Shown: positions 22,401 through 34,600 of the stretch, piece by piece
Position numbering within the stretch: position 1 is the first letter of the stretch
Layout of the letters: each line of letters opens with the position of its first letter
DNA from: Diadema antillarum
Lineage: Eukaryota
Length of the DNA stretch: 64,000 bases
Reading direction: 5' to 3'
NCBI RefSeq assembly: GCF_040938485.1
Contig: NW_027272500.1
Span: forward strand, 186,001 to 250,000
Translations under genes and position numbers: made by a program
The notes under the pieces: generated by a model
The model's input: only the letters and a program-made list of their open reading frames with translations
What the model was told of the DNA's origin: nothing
Databases searched by the model: none

Positions 22401-25400
22401 TTGTTGTGTGAAAATTATTTGCTTCAGAATGGTCTCATATTCAAGTAATGTGCAGTTTTATGTTTCCAGGTTAGCGTGCTTGGTCAGTGACGGGGCATTA
22501 ATCTGCACATTACTTGAATATGAGACCGTTCTGAAGCAAATAATTTTCACATAAAGTATAGTAGATATATAATGTACTCTTAAATGAATCCCACAAGGAT
22601 TGGAACAATCATCCCTCAGCATTCCCACTGATTCCCATTGATCGGTTACTAGCCATCCCCTTTAAGTTATAATTTGTATGGCTCGAGAAATATATTTAGC
22701 GCATTATAATGTTTTAAAAAGAACAACGAAATGCTTGTTTGCATTGTTGTAAGTGTAAAAGGAACCCATTTTAAATGACAAACATTGTTTGCGTATTTGG
22801 CAAATTTGTATTGATAAATAGGGGAAAGATCACCGTACTGAAAAGGAATAAAGTTCAGTAAATCTATTCCCCTTAATCCCGACTCAACCAAACAGTTCCA
22901 GATTACTACAAATCATTGCAAACAGTGTTCAACAATACCAAAGAATGTCCCGCACGGGATTTAACAACTTGAAACATAATAAGGGGGAGGGGGAGGGGGA
23001 AGTGGAAGGTGGAGGGAAGATACATCTCTGGATTTCCTATCGCTCACCCCTCGGACAGTGCCTCGCCGAAGCGGAAGTAATTCCGATGCCATTAGTTGCG
23101 GAACATGTGACATCAATACATCTGTTTGGGCGTGGTCTCAGGACGGTCGAGGTCCAGCTTGCGTTGGACAGGATGGTCCCATCAACTCCAATTGAATACG
23201 AATGGAGGTACGGGTACGACTGGTCGCTCAGGTTCGCTCTGCACAGGATTAGTAGATTTATCTGACGGTCTTTGTCCAGAAACTCCGAAGTCTTGATCGA
23301 CAAGATATTAGCTGCTGGGGGCTCGCCACTGGTTTCTACGGGTAGATAAAGATATCCGTAACAATTATAAGGAGAATATTATTCCAGAGGTTGTTAAAGA
23401 AGTAACATTTACAACAGAAGTTTGCTGGTATTATTCTTGTTTGCATTATTACTACAGCAGTGACACTCATAAAGATTGTAAAACTCATAATGGGGATGAC
23501 ACCCGTCATTAAATGAAACGTTTCGAAGGGTGTGGCATGTGGTGACCCTGTACGGTATTTTACGTACCTCGGAGACATCGGATTTCTTCAAAACTTGTAA
23601 AGATTTTGTTATTGCATGCTTTTGAAAACTGTAAATTTATAACATCATTATCATCGCTTTCATGTCTTTTTTTTTTATTTTGACACTTTTCGTGGACTCT
23701 TAAAGTTACAGACTTTCAGTTACCGAAAAATCTATGTAGGACCACTCCAGTTTATCAAATGTAGTCTGCTAGAAGCATGAAACTCGTGGCCTCGGATTCA
23801 ATCATATGAAATGCTTTCCTCAATAAAATGTCTCTTCCTGAAACCAGTCTGATAAAAACTAATTATCTCAGTCATTTTTTTAAAGCTTTTGAGCAAGGAA
23901 TTGTGCTAAAAGTTTGTAGGTTTAATCAGTGTCCAAAGTAGAGGTTGGTCGCTGATTTTTCTTTTTTCAAAAGTACTCTTCGTAATGAGATGAATAATTG
24001 TTTTTCATTGATCCGAAGCCAACACCAAAAGAGAAGTTAAAACTTTTCAGCAGCACTTCTCCCACATCACCCAGTGCTGAGAATAAAGCGTATTCTTCTC
24101 GCCATTTTTGATCCAATTTGCTCTGGATCTAACCATGACACGGTGGTGGCAATATTGATATTCACATTAAAGATAATGACCACACCGATGATGTCAAGTT
24201 ATATCAAAATAACATAAAAACAATATTGGGCAATGCCACTTATTACCTATATTTCATTAAAAAAAGATGGCAATATCAGGAAAGCAAACTTCTATTACCC
24301 TCCAAACTCGCCATTCATCCTGAGTCATAAACTTTTTGTGTGTGTATTATTTTGGTTACCGTAATGATTACTTGTCTGTATGTACATTTTGTGACGCTTT
24401 CATGAAATCACCGTGATTTCATTTCTTTCTTTTTTATGAGATGTGGAAAATAAACTTGAAAGTTGAAAAGTGAAACAAATTATGTCCAATACTCTTCAAT
24501 CAATCTAGACACATATACCCAAACTGAAACAGACTTTGCGACAAATTGAATTTGACGAGGAAAAATTCATAAGGTAAAAGTAATAAATGTTTCTATTGCA
24601 CGTTTAAACACTGAGTCGTTTTTATGCAATATTTATTTCTCTCTCTTCAAGATGACGTCTTTCTCCCGGATCTCTTGATATCCTTTCATTCTGGATGTGA
24701 AAAAACTTTGTGCATATCGCACGAAGATCTATAATTGTACATATTCACTTACCACAGCTTCTGACACAATGAGTCCGTGTAGTGGTCGTCCTACCAATCT
24801 CGTTGATGCCAGTGCAGGAGATTTCTACGCATCCAATAGGGGGAGGGTCAAGGGTCACGGTGGGGGAGCTTGAAGATGCCCGGATGATGTCATCGATTGC
24901 AATCTCGTATGTCCTAATTGGTGGAAATGGCTGGTCACGTGGGTTGACGTGACACGTGACTTGGAGGCCATTAGTTTCTTGTCCATCTTCGTTGTCAACT
25001 ATCTTGATCGAGACGATATTGTCTGCTGGAGCGTCTGTCACGTGACCAGGGTTAAAAGCAGATTGATATCCAAATAAACCAAGATTAAAGTCCAGTTCAG
25101 GTTATGTTGCCTTTACATTTGCGTGACCTTGTATTACAAACTTCACACTGTCCCTCGGGACTGTGAACTTAATGAGTGTACCAACTTTTACATTGATGTG
25201 ACAATCCTTTCATACTAATTTTATGGAGTTTTAGATCATAATTGTGCATTTTTATACAACCTTGAAGAGACTATGCGTGCAATGCAAATGCATAGTGACT
25301 TGTGACGTTTCTTCAGATTAGTTGGATACGCCCCCCCCCAAAAAAAAAAATATATGTATATGTATAAATTTGTTTCCAGATCAAGCTTCTGCCAGTGACA

Positions 25401-28400
25401 TCTAAGTCTCGCATGTTTTCATGTTACTATAATAATTAACAAAATGTTGAAATATCCACGCCATGCTCGTCTATGGATTGGTGCATTCCAATATACATGT
25501 ATTTTTTTGTTAAATCAGGTTTACACTGCATATGACAGATACATCGTATTTCTATATTCTATTGGCCATTTGATTAGGATACTATGTATCAATACAAGTC
25601 AGCATGCATTTGCTTTATGCATTGCATAGTCCCTTAAAATTTAATGCAACTTTAATCTTTCTGGTATTCTGTATTTTCGGTATTCGTTGATCAGGAACAT
25701 TCTAAGCAGAGCATATCCCTTGCTGTACATGTTTATATCTACGATGTAGGTTATTACATATTATCATATATATTAGATGTATATTTATATTATAATGGGA
25801 TATCTTCGCAATTCCAGAGTTTTGATATTCCTAAGCACACTAATTCGGTATGCCTAGATATTCGACAAAAAGACAATGAAATAGAGTTCTTTTTTTCCAA
25901 ACATTTATGGCATTATTCCGAAGGTTCGCTAAATCCGAAAATTAAATAAGCGTCTTTATCTTATCGTCTATATCACTTCAGTCAATCTTCATTACAGCAT
26001 ATTTTTAACCCCAAGGTTCCACAATTAGGTTTTCTCAATTTACTTTGTTTTGATTATATGTAACCTTATTCTCTGTTACCAAAGAAAGTGAAATGTTTAT
26101 GTTCTTTTCGAAAATTTAAAAAAAGTTTGAATTGAATTGAAGAAGAAAAAATCTTGGCGGTTCGTAAATCCGAAGAAGAAAACAAAAGAAACAAAGAAAA
26201 GCAAACAAAAAGCCTTCTTCGAACCATCGATATTATGCACCTAATTCCCTTTTCGGATTAAAAAAACAACAACCAACAAACAAAATTTTCTCAATAATAA
26301 TCCTTACTTGATTCTTTTTTCGATTAACGAATCTTCGGAGTAACGGACCTTATTTTATTTTGAGGATAAGCGAACATCCAGATTAACAAACCTTTTGAAC
26401 AACAAACTGTAACTTGACGAATGTTACCCATCAAAGTCGCAGATATTGTGATAGGGTGAACAGTTTGATGTTTGATACCTACCGTGTGTTTAAATTTTGG
26501 GGATTTTCGAGGAGTTTCGAGGAATTTGGAATGGGAAATGTATGTGTTGTTTTTTTCGATTTTTGGTATTCTTGCATAATTGCAATGACAGATCTGGAGT
26601 TATTTTGAGATGTCTGCAATCTTGAGGCACATACGTATCATTTAAAATTCAATTAACACACCCGATAGATAGACCATTTCGTAGTTTCCGTGTGCGCATG
26701 AGCAGAAAAAATTCTTTTCATAACATTAGTCTGCTGGTGTTTAAATTCACTGAGATAAGAATACAAATGTAATGGTTATTCATGTAATCCTCGTAAATAG
26801 TGCTTGCCAGCACATCCGCCTGACATCAACAGAGTGTTTATTACAGCCTTGTATTTGCAATGATAACCGAAAAGTGAGTCAGTGTTTTAAATCAATGGAT
26901 GCTTTGTTTATTTATTGGCCTTTTTCGGTCAGTTCAGGTCATTTGAGTTCAATTTTGATTATTTCCTTTTTTTCACAATAAAATAATATACAAACATATA
27001 TATCACTGGTGCTTTCTTCAGTGGCCCCCCCAAAAAAGAGATAAATGTACATTTATTCCAAAAAAAAAATCATAAACTTACAGTAAGGATATAATGCAAT
27101 CGTTGCTAGAGCAAAGAATAGGAAATAGTTTTATGTATTCCGTGTGAAAAAAAAAAAAAACTGGAGGGACCCAATAAAAAGACAGAGCCTGTAGGAGTGT
27201 GCAATGGGCCCCTCTTAAATAAGATTTGATGCAAATATTGATTGAAAACAGTGGCATAGAAGATTTGAGAGTCCACTGAGAGACAGACGGACAAACAGTA
27301 CACACAAAACAACAGCACCAGGTCACCAGGTCAATGCTCGTTATTTCTTTGTTTGAAGATGCATTCCATAACTTGATACATTGAGATAGCATATGCAATG
27401 TGTTGCATTGATAGCGATTGAAGTGCCTATTCATCTGAGAAAAAAAAAAGATGAAAGGTAATTTCTAAAATGCGCAGAAAAGCTACACACACAATTCATG
27501 AGCAAGTGAAGGCGAAAAGTGAAGGCAAGAAATGACAGCCGGTCTCCCCCCCCCCCCTCCATTTTTGTATTACCATTCCAATAGGAGAGATATTCAGAGT
27601 TGTTCCAGTGATAAGCATATTGGAGTTCTTTATTTCGTTATTGTATTTAACTGCAAACAAGCACACGGCTTTGATTTGGTAAATTCTTTCCACATGCAAG
27701 CATAAAAAAGACAACTTGCTAAAAAGGGAAGCATACATACACAAGGATATTATTGGATATACATAATTATGCTATGCTTCTTACGTTGGACTTGTAACGT
27801 TCTGGACTGTTCACTGCTGAGAAGGTGGCACTGAAGGACGCCCCCATGGTCTGCTACCGTCGGAGTTAATGTCAGCTCGCTACGAACGTTGTACGTATCT
27901 ACTCTGGCGGTTCCTTTAACCAGAGAAAGGAACCAAGATGTCATTGATGGTTTGTTGTTTCAATAATTTAATTTGGTTGCAACTTGATCATGGCCACATA
28001 TTGATGTGAAAAATAAGGAAATAGATGAACGTAACATAAGGTAGCCTTGTTCAAGGCAGAGTCTGAGTCACGACACTTAAGTTCAAGCCCACTTCCAAAG
28101 CCGGGTCAATACGTGCATGTGTACCAGAACTTATTGAAAAGCAGAAACATCTGCAAACCGCTCACTAATTAGGCTATACCGTCGCCTCGCGGCACTACGT
28201 CTCATTGCATGAACCCAGTACTTTGTTGATGATAAGTGAAAGTTCCAAATAGCACGGTGAACATTTCATATCACTTCTTTTTCATTCATCCTGAGACCTG
28301 AAATTTCCTTTTGTTTGATGCTTTTTTAATGTCTCTGCTGTGTGTGTGTGTGTGGTTTTTTTTAATAGAGTCTTAGACAACGGAAGGTTCTGAATGATGC

Positions 28401-28607
28401 AGGGAAGCTGTAGATTATTATTGTTATTATCATTATTATCTTATTGTGTAACAGGTGCGAAATGTAGGGGATAATGATAGGAGGGACATAAGCGTTTTGA
28501 AGAGTTTTGAAGAAAATATAGACTGAAGACTATCTAATTAAGATACGATGGGATACACATTTCACTACATTTAATTTCATTACATTTAATGTATATATAA
28601 ATGTATA

Positions 28608-28658
<51 letters not shown>

Positions 28659-31600
28659 CTACATCAAATCCAATCAAATCAAATAGTTGGTTTTTTTTTG
28701 TAGGTGAAAAAGCAACAAAACGTTCACAAATAATCAATCCCCGAAGTGACAATGTTAAGTTCCCTCTGAAGGAGAAGGCAGTGAGGAAAACGGGCTTTGC
28801 CTCAGTAGAGCAGAACTCTGAGTGTATAGCTGCCATTGCAGGGACTGGAACCAGAAACCTACACGTTCTTTAATATCTACTCAAATAGAAACAGCTATAA
28901 AAAAATACACTCGAGAACATGCTGACAGAGTCTGAACGCCCAAAATAAATGTGTTTTTCTTTTCATTGCCATTGTCCGAAAGATATCTTGAAAACACACA
29001 CTCAGAACCTCTCCAACCCTCCATGACTCATAACGATTAAGAGATGATGATCGCTTTTCTTTAGTCACATTACATCTAACGCTATATACACACGTTTATA
29101 TGATATCGAGTACGGATTAATAGCTTCATAGCTTTACCACATAACAAATACCTTAAAGTTTTTGCATGACTATGTTGACCTCTTTACTTCATTAATAGGT
29201 CTTATCACGTATGTATTTACAAAATAATGTTAAAACATTACATGATATCAGAGTGATAAAACGGGGCAGTCTCCCTTCCTTCTCCTAGCTTGCTGTAAAA
29301 AATCACGAATATAAGGCAAAAAGGGAAAACGTCAAATAAGTATGTCTACGTTAAAACTAGCCATGAAATCATAGAGCCTACAATGAACTATGCATATTAG
29401 CGTAATCATTAAAGTAGATATTCGTGAATTAATGAATCAAACTTACGGTCTCCTTCACACCTCACTCCGGCGTCTTCACTGTGACCACAGTTATGACATT
29501 CCCAATAACAACGTGGGCATTGTAATAGGGAGTTTTCTGTTCCAGTACAACCAGTCCCGTCAAGAAATATTGGTCCAGATCCCTGCCCAAAGTGCGCGTT
29601 AGTATAACTAGCTGAGGCCGATGAGTAGCCGAGATCTCTGCACACCACGTGCGCGTCGTTGATACCCCAGGAATCGTCACAAACCGTGCCCCAACGCCCG
29701 TTACACCTTATCTCAACTCGGCCCTCCCTTTCACTTGATCCACCAACAAGTCTCACTGGAGGAACAGAGAGGGAAATACATATAGCAGACTAGTCATATT
29801 CACACAACACACAATACATCATAGAAACAACCACAAAAAAGATGAACACATACATATAGTTCAATGTGATATATTATGCTACCAGGCATCTCTCAGCTTG
29901 AAATTTACTTACAGAAAGTGTTTATTGGCAAACTAAATGATGATACACTACAAAAGTGAAACGTGTGCAAGTGGATGTTTTTGTATGATTTATTCATATC
30001 ATCAAACATTCAATTAAAACTTTCTCGGCAAATTTTATCCATAAGAAGGAAGGAGAATGAATAAATATAACCAATGTCTGTTTCTCTTTGCCGTGTACGT
30101 TTGGTGCGTGTTTTGGAACGTTGTCAAGATATCAAGGCGCATGTACTCACCCGCATAGCCGGGGCACGTAGTTATACGACTGCTACAGCGATATAGTGTG
30201 GCCGCTGTACTCTTGAATAATGTCTGCCTTTGTCAGTCAGTGCTGCTGGTCATCCATATCATAAGGCATTGTCTTTTTATCAAGTTTAAATGGCGATTTC
30301 TTTCAGAGTATGTATGGAGGGAGATGATAGGGATTCATCTTCACCATTGATTCACTGAAATAGTTGCAATAATTGTTAATAGCGTCATATTTATTAACAT
30401 GAACTCTAAGGAAACATGGACTGCCACTTCCGTCCTTCAGGAAATTAAACCTGCCCTGGAAAATCAGATACTGGTCAGCACATTTGTCATAATTCATTTC
30501 CTACTAACAAATTATCATAATTGCTTCTGTTAATCTCTTCATTTTGGGGACACATGTAAGACTTGCGTGAGACAAGGGATCAAACATGAAACACTTCCTG
30601 TTAATTGAAATGGCAGAAAATAAACCAGAAATGACGGTGTAATTGTATCAGTTGTTTTATGAACGTTCATTGCTTCCACCATTAAGATTCTCCAAGTCTA
30701 TATCCATAGTCACTTTTACACAGGGAAGACATCAAACTATAAAATTGAGCAAAAATAACTATAATGCGGTCGTTCTACTACAACGTAGTGGGGACGTTAT
30801 GCCATGACACATATCACTCTACCAGCACGTTCTATGGAGGAGGATGACAAAGTTATTCATGAACCCCAAACTACACACCTGATGGACTTATATCACCTCA
30901 GGTAAGATGAACAAGTATTCAGATACCAGACACCTCCTATAGATGAAGTAAAATTTACCTTTAAGGGGTGTTAAAAAGCTTGTTTCTGTGACTACTCGTT
31001 ATTGTAGGTGAAAGTTCACTTCCGTTTTCAGCTGTTAATGTTTTTCCAGTTTGCCGTAGTGTGACAGATATCTTTTTCACTGTGCTCATTTCAACGGCAT
31101 AAGCATTCATTAAGCTTGCAGTAGATTGCCTATATGTTACACAAGAAGTATCCCATCGATTACTATTTTTTTTCTTTTAATTTTCAGAACTTCAGACTCT
31201 GCACTGAATAATTTTAGCAACTTCATTAATACGAGTTTCGGCTTGTACAAGAATGTTTATTGTAACCTTTATAAGGAATGGGCAGAAACCGAATGATTCC
31301 CAACACCAATGACGGCCATTTTATTCAACATTTGGTCAGTCTTTTAATTTCAGGTACTACGTCCTCATGGTCTAAACTCCAGGCATTCTCAGCACTGGCT
31401 CGTAGGCATTTCTCTATTTCTTCGAAAATGTTTGCGGTCAGTCTATACACCGTAGAGGGTCCGTTATGAAAGTCTCATAACCTGCCTAATGTCTCACATG
31501 GAATTATTCACCGTCATGCCTTAAAAGAAGCGGATTTATCGTAATTGTATATTTGGGAATTACAAAAAATGCTGTATGGTTCTAAAGAGTGATTCTATAG

Positions 31601-34600
31601 GGCCTGTTGCCTTATAAGCCCGACGAAGACAGTTTTCTGGAAGACGAAAAATTGGACCGTTTTTGGTTCTTTCTCTTATTGTCGGTCAAAGTTCACATCC
31701 GATCAACCTCCGCTTTGGGAATGAATATGGATAAAGTCATCACCATATAAGTGGGCGTGAAAGGAAATTTGATTGGCAGTGTCAGTTAGGATAATTACTC
31801 ACTATACGCGCTGTATCTTGGAGAAGGAAAACAATGGTCCATGCATGCCAACTGATCAGCGACTTTCTTCTTTAGCTTTGTCAATGGTTTTTGTTTGCTG
31901 TTTTATTAATTCAATACATATTTTGCCTATGATAAATTGTGCTTTTCTCATTTCACATACAAAATTGCCACCTAGATAATGTCTAAACGTATGAAAGGGG
32001 CATAAAGGATGCTGCTGTTGATTCAAGATGTTCCCATGATCGTTTACAAAGCACTAAGTTCTATTAACATTTTTACGTTATGTTTATATGTATGTCTGTA
32101 TACAAAAAAGTTGAACATCTTCTTCATATACCTTTATTCTTTGTGAAGTTGAAAATTCTATTACAATAATCATTATTGTGTAAAGTTTCTGCAGAAAAAA
32201 AACGGTTTGTTTCAGGGATTTCAGAATAGATGAACTGCAGCTGATAGATGGAACATGCTCCAAATATTTGTTTCAAGGGTAAAGAAGGATTGTCATAATT
32301 TTATTTTTGATGGTATGGGAATGGTAAGATAGTTGTCAGTTTTAGTTGAAGATGAGCGAATTCGTCTTGTGGCTGGAGATATGTTGATAAGAGAGAGAGA
32401 GAGAGAGGGAGAGGAAAAAAAATAAGTAATGAGAGATATAGATTGGGGGAGGGGAAATAATTGTAAATACGTATGGATGGTATTATAAAGGTGTTTTTTT
32501 TTTCATACTATAGAGACGGAAATCCTTGTGAAGTGTATCCTCTGGTTTTATTTGATAGATGGCTACTTGAGTTTATGCCAGAGAAGGAGTATGATAGGCC
32601 TACATAAGTGATTTGACATAAGGAAAAGAATTATGTGACCGCCAAAACTGATGGGTGTTTTCTTAACCAGATTGTGATATCGGATACACGTGAGGCTGCC
32701 AAACCACGCCCACTCTCAGGCGTAACTGCCAGCTGAATTTTCTTTCATTGTTTGGAGCTGACAACATTTCTTTTGATGTTCATTATCCGAAAGAAGACGA
32801 AATGTCAGTCCATTTTTCTTATGTATTTTCATAAATAATTTATCATCTGTAGCAATAACATTCTTATTAAGGTGCAGTTTGATTTCATTCACCCTCCTAA
32901 TATGGTTTCTTGTAGATGGTGTTTCTTAACAATTTTTCTCATATTTTCATGTTCTCCCTAGACAATCCCTAGAGTGTCCGCTGAGACATGTAAAATTTGT
33001 TCCCTTTCACTCTTGTCAGCTCTAATGCATAGAGAACAAATCTAACACTCACTTTTTCCCAAAATCGATCAAATGTTCTTATTCAACATGTGTGTACGGG
33101 TAGATCAAGTATTTGTCCTTCTTTTTAAGTTATGTTAAGTGGAATAAATGTACTATATGTGTAACAAATGAGTGGATATCAATCGAGGGTGTCTCACTAG
33201 GTGAAAGGTAACTTCCGTCTGGGTTACGAGATTGAGGAACTAAACCGATTTCTATCTCCGTCTTCCATAATTTGTCATTTCCCTTTCAAAATTTCAGATT
33301 ATTTTCAAGGTCATAAGCACTTGCAAGTGGGAGATTAACAGTTCCTTGTCATTTTCTCAGTATTTCGACGAATGCTCACGCAACAACATCATTTTCTATC
33401 ACACAAACACACTTCCATAACTTCAAAAGCAATACATTGCCATACCAAAGAGACGATCGTGCTGTACAGCCATTACTCTAACTTGAAAGATCATTTCTTG
33501 TGGTGGTTCTTGTAGATGAGTTGATACACGCAGACTTTAGTGGATGCTGACAGTGGCACTTTCTTCACCTATGTTACAGTTGTAAATGTGTATTCTGTTT
33601 TCAGAATTTGAAAGGACACAATCTAATTAAGCTCTCGAAAAAGTCAAATGTGTTCTGCTTTGGCACAATGACAACAATTGCGCTCGATGTAGGGGGGAGC
33701 AGAAAATGGCACCAAAACTGCAGCATAAAAATGGTGTATTTCAACCTTCTCCGAAAATCTTGCAGGCAGAAAATTGTTCCACTGGGTTTGTTTGCATCAA
33801 TAGTTATAAATTTGTAAAGTGCTTTGGCGAAAGTATCATTCCCTCTAAAGTCACCAACCTATCTATCAACAGGTTGGTTGTACTATTTGTTGCTCAATGA
33901 CTTCGCTGGTGGTGGTGAAGCCGCTTGTGATTTGGACGCCATTCAAATACCAGGTCGGTGCAGCTGAACCTGGGACGTCATTTCCGGAGCACACTGCCGT
34001 GACTTCACGGCCAGCCCGGAGAGGAGACGGTACCTCGAGGTTCATTGTTAGTCCAGCTGCAAAAAGACACAAAAAATATCCAATTATTAAACTTCGATGG
34101 CATCAAATATGGCAAAATGAATAAAGATGTCTTCTTTGCCTGGTTGTGTAAATCCATTATTCAACTGATGGTGTAGTTGTAGTTGAAATGGGGCTTCAGG
34201 TTTCGAATGCTTTCGTATGATTATTGGAAACTTTCTTTTTATGAAGCATCAAAAAGCATATAATCTTAAGAAGAATTCAAAGTTAATTTGACGAAAATTG
34301 CTTTTGAAATGGCTGAGATATGAAACAAGAGGTCCTGATAAAGGTGCCATCTACTTTTTAATAGGACAATTTTGTTTTTATCAAATAAGCTTTGAATTTC
34401 TTTTTAGAATTGTATGCTCTTTATTGAAACATCAGTGATTTCTAATCATCTCTTTAATAAGAAGAGAGTTATTGCCCTCGAATAAGCAAATATAAATATA
34501 AAAGAGATTTTTGTCCATTGAAATAAGGTAAGATAAGGAAGTCGGGATGGAATTAGCAATATATTTGACGGCTAAAACAGTCAAATTCACCTTAAGTTAT

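Larger units (their letters stand above)
21300..23700. repeat. About 1-kb intragenic tandem duplication carrying exon D2
   Basis: About 21350-22285 aligns with about 22710-23695; exon offset 1410 nt including the intervening MITE. Confidence 0.85.

Noticed and set aside
19989-23265. Plus-strand ORFs overlapping D2-D4 (e.g. 20072-20368, 22945-23265, 41887-42258, 44084-44347)
   Set aside because: Antisense shadows of the GC-richer coding exons.
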